This document shows positions 1 through 12,718 of a stretch of 64,000 nucleotides of DNA, in pieces (within the stretch, counting starts at the first letter, position 1; each line of letters begins with the position of its first letter). A program made the position numbers and the translations under genes. The notes under the pieces were generated by a model. It saw only the letters and a list, made by a program, of their open reading frames with translations. It made no database searches and was not told the origin of the DNA. This stretch comes from Octopus sinensis (taxonomy: Eukaryota), in NCBI RefSeq assembly GCF_006345805.1, contig NC_043006.1, positions 100,130,001-100,194,000 of the forward strand, written 5' to 3'.

Positions 1-736
1 GTATCTGTTGTTTTAGTTAGATTGGTCGTTAACAGACTTTGATTATGTTCGCTGTACGTGACTCCAACTAGGATGGTACATATTCCATTACTTCTATATA
101 AATTGTATCACTGCTAATAATATGTGTGGAAGCTATATTTGTAAACGACTCATGGATGTTTCATAGAATTTCTTTTAAATTTCTTTTATAATCACATTAA
201 CCTCAAGCGTACAGCTTGCACCCAGATCAGAACAGTCTCTATTTTGTAGGCTTTGAAAGTATCAGAAATCATATTTTTATTTGGTAATTTATTTTAAAGC
301 TTCATACTAACACAGTGAAAAGCAATTGGGTTGTTTTATTTTATGACGTTGTTAAGCTCATAATCATAAGATCTCGATTTCCATTACTGTACAGTCCCAT
401 CGTACAGTCCCATCGTTTCACATTTTCCAGCCTACACAACAGAAAAGGAGTACCGCCTAGCGTTGATGAAGCCGCCTCTCCGTTCATGTCTAAGTCTGCT
501 CGAGGCAGACATAGTAAATCATAAAATATTCAATGCGTACGTGATACAAAATACCTGGTCCATACCCACTTGCGAAAGACGGGTAACTTTTGGCAACCTA
601 AATTCTTACAGCGAATAGTAGCTCCTGAAATCTGATAATATAATAATACATTCTTTCAGGCCATGTTCATATTCTCTTTGACATACACATTCTCACATTG
701 ACATAATCACATTCTCTTCCAATCCAGAGTGACCTA

Positions 737-966
737 TACTCTTACTCTTTTTACTCTTTTACTTGTTTCAGTCTTTTGACTGCGGCCATGCTGGAGCACC
801 GCCTTTAGTCGAGCAAATCGACCCCGGGACTTATTCTTTGTAAGCCCAGTACTTATTCAATCGGTCTATTTTGCCGAACCGCTAAGTGACGGGGAGGTAA
901 ACACATCAGCATCGGTTGTCAAGCAATGCTAGGGGGACAAAAACAGACACACAAACACACACAGGC

Positions 967-1019
<53 letters not shown>

Positions 1020-1160
1020 TACGACAGGCTTCTTTCAGTTTCTGTCTACCAAATCCACTCACAAGGCATTGATCGGCCCGGAGCTGTAGCAGAAGACACT
1101 TGCCCATGATGCCACGCAGTGGGACTGAACCCGGAACCATGTGGTTGGTTAGCAAAGCTA
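737..1160 (-). mobile_element. tRNA-type SINE, family A; its 5' head is split off by an insertion
   Basis: Near-identical to the copies at 17941 and 58735; (AAGAGTA)n-like tail and internal (TA)n linker; the sequence stops at AGCAAAGCTA and resumes at 3326. Confidence 0.85.
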
Positions 1161-3318
1161 ATTTATTTCAACAATTTTGCCACTAGGGCAGTACACAGAG
1201 TAGCTACGGGCTGGACAAAGACATTAAAGGATGATGGTGGTGGTGGATGAAGATGGTGATGGGAGAAGTCAAAAAGCGCCCGCCGACTTCCGCTTCTCTA
1301 AGACATTGTTCTTTTTTTCAATAAGTTCAATTTTCTTTTTTCCTTAGTTTCAATAAATCGACATGAGGTTGCAAACCTCTTACACGAAGGAGGCACTAAA
1401 ACCTCTTACAAAGTTCTTTTTTTTTCATTTCTTTTGCCACAAGGGCAGTATATGCATTCACAAAAATTCTCCCTGTCAGGTCCCCGAAGCAAATTGTCTT
1501 GCCGCCTGCAGACAACTCTGCGGCGACAAGTCGAGGCCTGCAAAGAGAAAAGTAAAATGTTTCCTCTCAAAGGTCTTTGTGACCCTTGACAAAATGTTTT
1601 CCGTTACTACCTCCGCAGCTACCCGCGGAGGCCATAACGGACTCCTTGAGCTGACCGTGTCCTTGCGTTCTCGGTCACCCAAGCCATTCAAAAACTTTTC
1701 CAGCTTCCCTCCCTTGTGGTAAAGGAGGAGAAACAACTCCTCTTCACAGGAAGGGACCTCACACTGATCCGTCAGTGGCACACTTTCCACTGACTGAGCA
1801 CTGTCCGCGGGTGGCACACGTCCCACCCGCGGCTCCGTCGGCGACACAGAAACGTCAGCCGTCCGACCTCTTTTTCTTTTTTTTTTCCTCTTTTTTTTAG
1901 AGGCTGCTAGCCCGGCGGGCTCCTTCGGCAGACACGGGGGGTCGCTATCCTCCTCCTCCGTCTGTACGTTCTTTGGTGAGCAACCATTGTTGCTCACCTG
2001 TCTTTTTCTTTTCGTGGAGGCAACCTCCTCCACGACTTCCACCGTCTCCCCCTCCAATGAGGGGGCAGCGGGCACCTTTTCCTTTTCATGCTCCGGGGCA
2101 GCACCACGGCCACCGGGACACTTCCTCCTGATATGTCCAGGCTCCAGGCACAGGTAACACTTGGGGGGGGGGCGTCCCTCAAGCATCACCGGATACCTGT
2201 ACCCGGCCATCCTCAAAAAGTCCGGTAAAACCAGACTTTTGGCTGATTGGGAGGGGTCAAAACAGCTCTTGACCCCTCCCAATCAGCCGCAGGCTGTACT
2301 TTTACGTTCAGTAGCTTGGAACTGCTACCATCCAAGCCCCGGCGGATAGAGTCCTCTATCCACTCGGGCTCAACGCCTGGTGGTAAGCAGCAGATCCAAG
2401 CTCTCAACAATTTTTCTCCCTTGTAATTTGGGAGAAACAATATTTGTTTGCCCTCAATGGGCTGGCTTGCAAATTCGCAAGCTGCTTTAGGGGAGTCAAA
2501 TAGCAACCAAACCGTTGCGTATTTAACTCCCCGTGCGATATATTTAACGGCTGGCATGTAGTCTGCCAGCTCGTTAACAATAGTGGCCTTTGGAAAGACT
2601 GCTATGGTGTCGAGCGACTTCGAATATGTCCTCAGCACCACGGTCTTTTCCTCGAGCTCATTCAAATATTTTTTGGGAGGTGTCAAATCCCACACAGTGA
2701 ATTTTTTGCCATAACGTAAGATTTAAAACAGTTCAAAATGTGATAAAATAAAATAAGACACAGAAAGGAGAATGAAAAATACAACAGAAGGGAAGAAATA
2801 AAATTAGAAATAGCAGTTCAAAAAAAGTTCTTTTTTAAAATAAATGATAGACGGAGAAAGAAAGTTCAAATCCAGACAAAGGAATTAATTTTTTCTTTTT
2901 TTTTGTTTTCACTTTTTTCGGCCAAAAAATTGTACTCCAGGCCAAATGCACAGTTGGTAAAACACCTTGATAAAATAATCCTTGGTACTCCTTGGTAATT
3001 CCCGTGGATAACACAAAGACAATTTCAAAAACAATTTTTGCAGACGGACTACGCCGCTTTAAAAATACAATTCTCACTGCAAAGTGAGTCTTTACACTCG
3101 ACAACAGGCAGAAAAATTATATCTGGAGCAAAGTGGAGTTTATTATCTGCTAAAAAATATTAAATGCTAAAAAACATTAAATGCAAGCAATAGACCTCAC
3201 TAAGCTCCCAAAAATACAAAACGCCTACCTGTAGTCGAGTCAAAAGTTCAACAATTCACGTTGAAACACGTGACAACTGGAGTAGCAAAAAAACACGTCT
3301 GAACAGGTCAGAGGTGAG
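1161..3318 (-). mobile_element. Non-autonomous gag/ORF1-only retroelement with target-site duplication
   Basis: AAAGCTA at 1154-1160 and 3319-3325 flanks the insertion inside a SINE; it encodes a zinc-knuckle protein; no RT or endonuclease motif seen; A-rich/AATAAA 3' end. Confidence 0.75.
1476..2712 (-). pseudogene. LINE ORF1/gag-like protein with one CX2CX4HX4C knuckle, frameshifted
   Basis: Overlapping ORFs 2213-2695 and 1476-2282; CYLCLEPGHIRRKC; RRM-like RAWICCLPPGVEPEWIEDSI; basic tract KKKRKKKRKRGR; an ATG at 2712 becomes in-frame if one A is added to the A6 run. Confidence 0.7.
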
Positions 3319-3325
3319 AAAGCTA

Positions 3326-3347
3326 CTTACCACACAGCCACTCCTGT
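3326..3347 (-). mobile_element. Displaced 5' head of the SINE at 737-1160
   Basis: CTTACCACACAGCCACTCCTGTG follows AGCTA directly in intact copies (18336, 59116). Confidence 0.75.
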
Positions 3348-3989
3348 GTTATTTTTCATTAAGAATTATGACGAAAATTTACCCGTAAGATCGTTGCTAA
3401 TGTTCTTTTCTCTGTAGCTGTTGTTGCTACGGTTGTATAACATCGGTTCAAATTATGGCACCAGCAATATACCTTATTTTATTCATCCTTTTATTCAGTA
3501 GACATTATGCCGGAATTCATTGTTCGATGTCACAATTTTCAATGATTGTTAATCAGATCCTATTATTATGTTTTAATGTGAACAATACATTTTCTGATAT
3601 TTCACATGGAAAAAGAAAACTTACGTAAGTTTCAATAATTACAACATTGAGAAAAGTTCGCTTGATATGTTAAGCAAGAGAACAAAACTGTTTTCATATA
3701 GCTTATCAATTTTTAGGATACATCATGACCAAAAATGTGTTATTAAATAAACACATTGTATAACATCAGCTACTGGGTTATAAGTTTAGGTTTGACAATC
3801 CATCAATGTGATATGGTATCAAGTGTTTCCGTGTAACACAGCAATAATACAATCTAGTTCTTGCCTTTTTACTCTTTCTTTTCAATTATGTTTAATACGG
3901 AGCTGCTTAATACAACCCCATTCTCCATATATTGGTTTACCTTCTGGCTTATCAGGATAACGAGTGTGTTAGACCACTTTGATGCAACC

Positions 3990-4209
3990 TGTATATAACT
4001 TAGATAACTTAGATATGTTTCGACCAAAGATTGGTCCAGGCCATGTCTAACTTAATAGCACCATCTGATAGGATTATTCGAATCCTGTTTAAGTCAAGTT
4101 TTGTTCAAGTAGTGAGTTCTTGTTGGGTGAGTTGTATCCAATTATGTGTGGCTTATCTGGTATTCTTTGAAGGAATCTATCCAGACTCCATTTAAAGTTG
4201 ATGGGATCC
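3990..4209 (-). mobile_element. CR1-like LINE 3' end
   Basis: Minus frame DPINFKWSLDRFLQRIPDKPHIIGYNSPNKNSLLEQNLT*; 3' UTR stem-loop and tandem ATCTAAGTT tail. Confidence 0.65.
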
Positions 4210-4325
4210 TTTTCCTCTTTGATCTACCTCGGGACAATGTTAAATATATATATATATACTGGTAAAAACGGTAAGATAACAAAAGAAAGAAAGAGACCTC
4301 AATATTTTGTAAATAGAGGAAATTT

Positions 4326-4480
4326 ATCTGTAAAATAATATGTGACAATTATTCGGTAGCCAAGATAAAACTGTGAGTTTCGGATGCCGAGGTGGAACTC
4401 CCCACCACCATCTCTTCGGCATCCGAAACTCAGAGTTTTGTCTTGGCTACCGAATAATTGTCACGTATTATTTTACAGAT
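4326..4480. repeat. Foldback hairpin, 65-bp arms, 25-nt loop, probably PLE-derived
   Basis: Arms 4326-4390 and 4416-4480 are reverse complements with 3 mismatches; lies next to (TA)n. Confidence 0.9.
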
Positions 4481-4519
4481 ATATATATTACACAAACACA
4501 CACATATGTATGTGTATAT

Positions 4520-4561
<42 letters not shown>

Positions 4562-4562
<1 letters not shown>

Positions 4563-4970
4563 GCAGGAGTGGCTGTGTGATAAGTAGCTTGTTTACCAAC
4601 CACATGGTTCTGGGTTCAGTCCCATTCCGTGGCACCTTGGGCAAGTGTCTTCTCCTATAGCCCCGGGCCGACCAAAGCCTTGTGAGTGGATTTGGTAGAC
4701 GGAAACTGAAAGAAGCCCGTCGTATATATGTATATATATATATATGCGTGTGTGTGTTTGTGTGTCTGTGTTTGTACCCCTAGCATTGCTTGACAACCGA
4801 TGCTGGTGTGTTTATGTCCCCGTTACTTAGTGGTTCGGCAAAAAGTGACCGATAGAATAAGTACTGGGCTTACAAAAAGAATAAGTCCCGGGGTCGAGTT
4901 GCTCGATTAAAGGCGGTGCTCCAGCATGGCCGCAGTCAAATGACTGAAACAAGTAAAAGAGTAAAAGAGT
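4562..4970 (+). mobile_element. SINE family A, full length
   Basis: Head GCAGGAGTGGCTGTGTG...GGTTCAGTCCC (A/B box-like), internal (TA)n, tail GTAAAAGAGTAAAAGAGT. Confidence 0.85.
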
Positions 4971-4991
4971 ATATATATACATATATATATA

Positions 4992-5043
<52 letters not shown>

Positions 5044-6457
5044 GCGCACTATATACACAAGCAAACACAATGTATATATATGAATAGATGATTAGGGAAT
5101 TAGGTTATAGAGGTTGCATATATAGCAGAACGTCAATAGTAATATATGTATATGTAGTAATGTATGTATATTCACCGTTGAGCACGTCATTGTATATATA
5201 TACAATTTTTTTGTTAGTTCTGTATTTTATAATGTGGAGGCCAGTATATGCACACTATATCTATCGAAGTCACTGGTTTATCATTATCGCTGTTAAAATT
5301 GCATCATTCTTCCATAATTCTATAAGATTTCAAGCATTACAACTCTTATCGTGTTAGTGTATATCAGCAAAACTTCTGAAATATTCAAAATGTCCCACGA
5401 TCTGAGCCCGAATTGCAGAACTCAAGCATCATATACTTGAAAAATATTGCCAAGAATAAATTCTCTTTCAATCAAGGAAGACATTTTCTTCACTACTGGA
5501 TTAAATACCATCCCCATAGTCTCTTGTGGATGTGAATGCATTAGCTTTAACTTTATTATGAATCAAATGACCCAAGCATAGCTCGCCAAGGCTTGAAGAT
5601 ACGCTGTCGACTCACAGGGAGATTTGCATTTTCCTCCACGGCTATCACCACTCGAATGGGAATAAATTAATAGCAATTACTGTTTCAGCTGCATTGTTCT
5701 TGCATAATATTAGATCATTGCATATGGATGGATTCCATTTATTCTATTCTGTTTTTCTTCAATACGTTCAGTTCTTTGTTCAGTAACATTTTCATTTTAG
5801 TTTTAGATATTTAAATGCAGCATAATTCTCATAGGGTTTTTTTCTTTCTATTTTTTTCTTTTCCTTTTTTGAGAAATTGCGTGCTGACTACATGGGAAAC
5901 AACAATGACGTTTCAAGTTTTATCAAGATGAAGTGTCTCTGTCTTTGATATAATTTCCTGATATTTCTCTATGCTTTCAAAAGTTTTTTTTCCTTTTTCA
6001 CGTTTCTGTTTTGTACTTTTCTTCCTAGATTTGTTTCTTCATGCTCAAATATGTTGGGTACAACTAACTGCAAATCCAGATATTTTGAATATATATTAGC
6101 CGCAAGTTATTCCATTATTTCTTTTCTTAACTAAGTGCAACGTCTTAATATTAGTTTCATTATGTCTGTGGAGTTCCAATTGACATATTCTTTCATATTA
6201 TTTCAGAAATATTCTTTCCCTATTCTAAAAAAATGTTTCTAATAGTTTACTTATCATTCTGGATTGTTCTGCATATTCAGACATTTAAAATAAGTCATTG
6301 CATAAGAGATTTTATCTCTTATTTTTCATAGCCTGAAAATACCTAAAAAATATATTCCGTATGTAATGGGAATTCATTAGCAGTTGCGCACATTGCTGAG
6401 TAGTTGAAGCGCTTTCCGATTATGTGAATTCGAGTTCGTGCGCTCCAAAAGCATTGT

Positions 6458-7000
6458 TTCAATTCAATTCAATTCAATTTTTATTGGCTCAAAAAGCAAA
6501 AGCAAGTCCATTTAGGGGGACATGGAGTTATGTACAGGGGGGGGGGGTATACAAAGAGTTCAGGCCATTTCTGGTCAAGAGAGACTTTGAACCGAGCGGT
6601 CGTCTGCATCTTCATTATCTCATCCAGCAGCTTATTCCACGGATCCGCAACCCGGGCGGAGAAAGCCCCTCTCCTTTGATTGAGATGAAATCGTCGTAGA
6701 TAGAGCTTTTCGGAGTGACCCCGCAGTCCACGGTCTGGAGCAGGAGTGAAGAACAGCTCCTTCGAGAGGTTACACTTTCCGCTTATGATGTTGTGAGCGA
6801 GAATGAGATCACCACGGCGTCGTCGTTTTTCTAGAGAATAAAGGTCGAGCGTCTTCAGCCTTTCTTCATAAGACAAATGCTTGAGACCAAGAACCATGCG
6901 GGTAGCCAGCTTCTGGACTCTTTCGAGATAATATATGTCTTTGAGGAGGTAAATAGGAGGCTTGAATCCCGTACTCCAATAGGGGCCTCACCAGCGTGAC
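6458..7000 (-). mobile_element. CR1-clade LINE, 5'-truncated 3' end
   Basis: ORF 6481-6897 LSYEERLKTLDLYSLEKRRRRGDLI...FKVSLDQKW; upstream LVRPLLEYG-like motif; (ATTGA)n tail at 6458-6480. Confidence 0.9.
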
Positions 7001-10000
7001 ATCGTAGGTGAAAACTGTGGAGAAAATTATTTAATGTCTAAGAATATGTGAAGGGGAAGAAAGTGAGGGAGACAGAGAAATAAACAGAAAGAAGAAGACG
7101 CGTGGCCAAAGTCTTTGTGTATTGGTCTTACAAACGTAAAGCAGTAGGTTTGGTTCCCAGACGATCATTGCGTTTTAGCCGAAAGCGAGATACTGCCTTT
7201 CAGGTAGATTATTGTAATTTAATCATCTAATGAGTGCAAGTTATAATATCGAGAAAGTAGCGTCCAGTCACGTGAACCTCATGCTTTATCAATTATTTAT
7301 TGCCTCGGGAACGGTATAAACTGTGAGAAAATTTATCTACATATTTGAAATATACAGATGTCGACCGCAACGGTCCGATCTCCCGTGTGTGCTGCACTCG
7401 CTTTGTTAATATACAGGTATAATATACATGATAACTAGAATCTAATTGTTTACAAGCCAGTGCCATTTTTCATTTCTTACTTGTGATTTGCGTGTGGAAT
7501 ATCTATTTCAAAAAGACGTTGATTTCTGCCGGGCATTTGATTATCCCACGCCTTAACAGCTTATATTTGTGAAAATGTGAATAGGATACAAGTGCTATTT
7601 ACAGTACTTATTAATTTTGTTAGCGCGTGTTACCGCGTTATATAAATTTCTTCATTGAAACGAATCGTTTCGTAAATACACGATGTGTCAGGTGGAAAGT
7701 GATGAAACTGAGCAACTCTTAAACTATTGAAATCACAAACTTTAAAACTTACACGTTTGCAATAAAATTCTTATTGACATTAGTCACTCGTAGCTTGTTT
7801 GTAGACGTAAAATGTTTTTGATTTTTTATAAAATAGGTTTTAATGGTTGTGCTTGTTTTGTATATCATTAGCGTTAGCATATCCTTTGCTACAGTTTACT
7901 GTCTCATGATATTATTTCCGAAATATGTTTATTTTGATTTGCTCTTAATATGGATTTGATTCATGAAATATATTTCATGTTTGTGTAACGTAATTCTAAT
8001 AACTCTACTGTCCGCTCTATTTACACTACTGTAGTTGTGTTCGCGTTGTTCTATGACCAACTCCCGTAGTTTGCTTAAATATCCTTTGTTGATTAATGGT
8101 TAGCTATAATTATATACTTGTTTGTCTAACTTTTTTTTCTTTGTGGTGGAGACACGCAATCCTTTCTGAGCAGAGATTTCGCCACTGACAAATTGCATCC
8201 GGGTATGACTAAAATATTCCAATGGAATAGCCTCAAATGTTTTTCATCGGAATTATCCGAGGTAAGTAAAATTCCTGAAGATGACCCGAATTTCAAATAC
8301 AATTTGTTTTCTAATCAAAGCGAATAAAAATGAAACCGTGATCATTCACATCTTTGGAATCAAACTGCTCTTTTATTACTTTAGTCTTTCATTATTATAA
8401 TATATCCCTACTCAACATCTATCTACTAATGAGCAATGAGAACTATAATATACATTTTTAGTGGGGAGAACTCATTGTTGGACTGGAGATCAAATGTAGT
8501 GATTTCTGTAAAGAAAATTGGTTGTAAGACGTGATTAGTTAATGCACGCCTATAAGCAAACTCAATACATGTAATACAAATATTTGCACATGTTTGTTAA
8601 GATAAATATCTTGTGCCAAATGTTAAAATCCATTTCTTAGAAAAAAATGTTTTAAACGTGTATAAACCTTGCACGGAAATCAGTCATTAAAGATTAATCA
8701 AATTTTCTTATCTGTACTCGTCTTTTAAAACGTTATTTTATCTATTTCAATAACTTGCAATTACACAACTAGAAGTTCAATGATAATGCAGTCAAACAGA
8801 TTTTGCAATATTTGAAACGCTTTTTGGCATTATAATCGTCATTTAACAAAAGCTGTTTACGATGGAGCTATTGCTTCAAATTAGTGAGAAGATCTTGGGT
8901 GAGTTTGAAAGGAAATGGGAAAATTATTACTTTTCAATTTTCACCGAGGTGAATGTAGCCGAAGCTACATGTTTAGCATGTAAAAGCGCACATAATTTAA
9001 TGCATTTCAGAAAACTTTCACCGTGAATTATCAATCAACTATAACTATAGAACTGCCTTGTTATATAAAACATATTTTAGAATACATCATTAACTCAACT
9101 GAGGCTTGTAATACCTACAAAAGTTTACTCCTTGTAAACAATAATTGAAGTTCATATTTCTTACTTTTAAAACATCTCAATTTTTATCAAAAAGCTCAAA
9201 AAATATGATATAGTGTTGCCACATCCTAAATGGAGTGCTCCAAGTTGTTATTTACAATTTGTTCAGAATTAACAATTATATATTAGATATTCGCACATGT
9301 AAGAAAGATGATGATCAATATTGCATGTCATATACACTTACTATTAAACATAGCTTTTTGGATTCAGTGGAATGCGATACACAAGAATCCGATACTCAGA
9401 AATTGTAATACACAGTTACAGAATACTTTTTTTTGATTCGTGAACCTATGAAACACTAGAGGTCATGCACTAACATAAACTTATATCTATATACTGTTGT
9501 ATGTGTATGCTGGGGTAGAAGATAGCATACTATAGATTAGCTCTCCTACTAGCTATATTTGCAAAGTAGACTAACATTTTTTATACGTCACCATCATGCA
9601 AGCTTTATTATATTCACCTTGGTAAATGGTTTGCAGTTTGCAGCGATTGAATAAGCCACAATCAGACTGGCTTTCGTTACTGTTTCATTTTAACTTTTTA
9701 TGCTATCGATCAATGACAGTTGTCATAAACCACTCTGTTTGAACCTTTTATGTCTCGTGAGGTAACTTTCCAGTTCGATGTGCATGATGAAACGAATATT
9801 TTGTTTGGTAATGCTAACTTCTGTTATATTCCTTTAGCAGTAAACATTATGTGCTATACAATTTTCATACCTTTGGATTCTTAACTTTATTTACAAAATT
9901 TTCCATTGCTCAATGGTCTTTCAAGATGCAACATCAGAGTCAATATTTTGCATAAACCTTTTGGCGTTATAATGTTATATACATATACATACATACATAA

Positions 10001-10031
10001 ACACACACGCACACACATATACACACACATA

Positions 10032-10064
<33 letters not shown>

Positions 10065-10202
10065 CAAAATACTAATGAGCTACGTTGAACTACTCATTCT
10101 TATCATTTTCGAACCAGGAGCTTAACTGTAGTCTGTCTATACCATTTACTCAGAATTACCTGACACCTTTGGGTCTTCTTGACACCAATACCTCTCACAA
10201 AC

Positions 10203-10234
<32 letters not shown>

Positions 10235-10824
10235 CTTATAAAATATCTGACAGTAAATGAAAACGATTTAATTCCAATATTTATTTATGTTTAAAAAGTG
10301 AATGAATTTAATAAGAACATTTCAATATGGAATATCATGAAAATTGTTCGAAACTGAATTCCTTATTGACACCATTTTTCCATATGAATAAATAAAATTT
10401 TATATTAAGTATTTATGGAATTTGATTAACTGTCGGGTGTTTGGGCCTACCGTGTATATATATATATATGCGTGTGTGGTGTATGTGTTTGTGTGTGGAA
10501 AGCGAGATAGAGAGAGAGGGGGGAGAAAGAGAGATTCAGCAGATGAAATCCAGAGGTGCTTCCTATAGAAAACACTTAGTAGCGCTCAATTGATTTGAGC
10601 TTACAGGGTCTGAGATTATACAATTTTTACTAGTTCTTATTTCTTTTGTCATTTCATTTTGTGCTGTATTGAACACTTGATGTGGTTTTATTGTCAGGTT
10701 CTGACCATGCATGGTTGTATCTCTTAGATACCCTTGTTTATAATTTTCATAAGTATTATAATCTATAAGTTTTTTCTTTTCATGCTACCATTAGATTTTA
10801 TCGCTATTTAAAATAACGATCTAT

Positions 10825-10873
<49 letters not shown>

Positions 10874-11184
10874 AAATAATAAGGGTAAAAAACTGAATAT
10901 TAATTTTATTAATATCAATTTAAAACCAGTGGTCTACCATATTAAAATTTGAAGATTCATTGAAAATTATATTACATACATATAAGAAGGATGACCAGTA
11001 CTTGGATATCCATTGTGCTAGAAGTACATCCGCTATAGTCTTACCACTAAGAAAGGAATGTTCTCAAGAAAATTGAAGAAACGCCAGAACGTAAGCGAGC
11101 AAGACAAATGACAGAAACAAAATATAGATTAATCATAAACTATTTGCGCTATAAAACTTACGCAATCTAGTTGCAATTTACAGA

Positions 11185-11300
11185 TAAACAAAAGACGAAG
11201 ACAGGTGTATAAACAACAGACAGGGATATTAGTTTAACGCTCGAGAAGGTGAGAATGTCTTTTACATTTCGAGCCTACGCTCTTCAACAGAAAGGGACAC
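11185..11300 (-). mobile_element. PLE pseudo-LTR-derived repeat with degenerate minimal HHR
   Basis: Same family as 16965, 19245 and 58325; minus strand CTGTTGA-A-GAGC-GTAG-GCTC-GAAATGTA. Confidence 0.55.
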
Positions 11301-11852
11301 GATGAAATAAACAGAGAGACAATAAAAAATAGTTTGGCACTAACGGTCAATCATGGCGGCTGTATAAGCATACATGAAAAACATACATACATACATATAC
11401 ACGAGACGCCTTCCTCTTTTTCTCCAATCGTTCCACCCTGCTCTGTAATTCTTCTGCACTATTTCTAACTCATCCGTCGAAATTCACATTACTGTTAATA
11501 TATACCACTCCGCTCTCACTACCTCCATCCACTACAAACACACCGACTCACACTCCTACTTTGACTTCTCCTCCTCCTCCTCCCACCCTACCCACACTTA
11601 GTTCTCCATGCTCTACTGCCACTTCCTCTGTAACATAAGAAAAAAACTGGGGTGATGACGGTCAAATCTCGGTTACACAAGCACAAGAGTACGAAACTCT
11701 TGCGCCAGAGCAATAAAGGCAAAAGTGCGAATAATTTCTTAGTTCTCCGGTGTGTATATGCATGTATATATATATATATATAAGTGTATATGTGCGTGCG
11801 TGTGTGTGCATTCCTGTATGTATGTATGTATGTATGTATCTCTGTATGTAAA

Positions 11853-12082
11853 GGCGGCGAGCTGGCAGAATCGTTAGCACGCCGGGCGAAATGCTTAGCG
11901 GTATTTCGTCTGCCGTTACGTTCTGAGTTCAAATTCCGCCGAGGTCCACTTTGCCTTTCATCCTTTCGGGGTCGATAAATTAAGTACCAGTTATGCACTG
12001 GGGTCAATGTAATCGACCTAATCCGTTTGTCTGTCCTTGTTTGTCCCCTCTGTGTTTAGTCCCCTGTGGGTAGTAAGAAATA
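11853..12082 (+). mobile_element. tRNA-type SINE, family C, full length
   Basis: GGCGGCGAGCTGGCAGAATCGTTAG A-box, GAGTTCAAATTCC B-box; homologous to 28246 and 28426. Confidence 0.85.
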
Positions 12083-12084
12083 TG

Positions 12085-12142
<58 letters not shown>

Positions 12143-12347
12143 GTGAGTTAGGTGGGATATATTATCCAAGCGCATACCGTATTGGCTCTCAGCTGAGTTC
12201 CAGGTGAAGGCTAACCACGGTGAAGAGTATCCAACGTCTGTCTCTAAGATTAATTGTTATTCACTTCATGAATTTTACTTGTGGGTAATTTCGTGTATCC
12301 TACGTATCCCAGCAATTTTCCCTGGGTTTGATATTAATATTAATAAT

Positions 12348-12718
12348 AACAAGAGCACTCAGAGAGCGCAGGGCTCCACCAAGTCAACGGCAACTTCCTC
12401 TCAGCGATTAGCCGGAGCTGATTTTTAAAATGAGAATATCTGAAATAAACTCGACTGCTCTCACAAACGAGAATACTAAAAATGAACACGACCGCTCTCA
12501 AAAATTAAGTAAAAATCGGGAAAAATAATTCAGAATCCTTGTCCGGTACGGAATTGATCCCAAAATATAGTCGATTCGTGCCAGCCATGAGGTCAAATAT
12601 CCCTGAAAGTTTTGTACAAATCCAACCTGCAGTTCTTGAGATATCTCGTACACAGATCAACAAGCAAACAAACGCGACTGCAAACAATACCTCCGCCTGA
12701 ACGAAGGCGGAGGTAATA
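12348..12718 (+). mobile_element. Helentron-associated (HINE-like) non-autonomous element
   Basis: Starts AACAAGAG after (TAA)n; ends in a perfect 9-bp GC hairpin ACCTCCGCC/GGCGGAGGT (12689-12714); family call is pattern-based. Confidence 0.5.

Noticed and set aside
1363-1722. Plus-strand 119-aa ORF and other ORFs antisense to TE coding regions (34505, 44504, 6424)
   Set aside because: Antisense shadows of the real TE frames
5700-6340. Decayed minus-strand ORF-like tract
   Set aside because: Lys/Glu-rich pieces with many stops and no identifiable motif; may reflect strand composition only
8150-8266. Possible host exon ending at GAG|GTAAGT (MTKIFQWNSLKCFSSELSE)
   Set aside because: Only a donor motif and a 19-codon frame; no recognisable homology or partner exon
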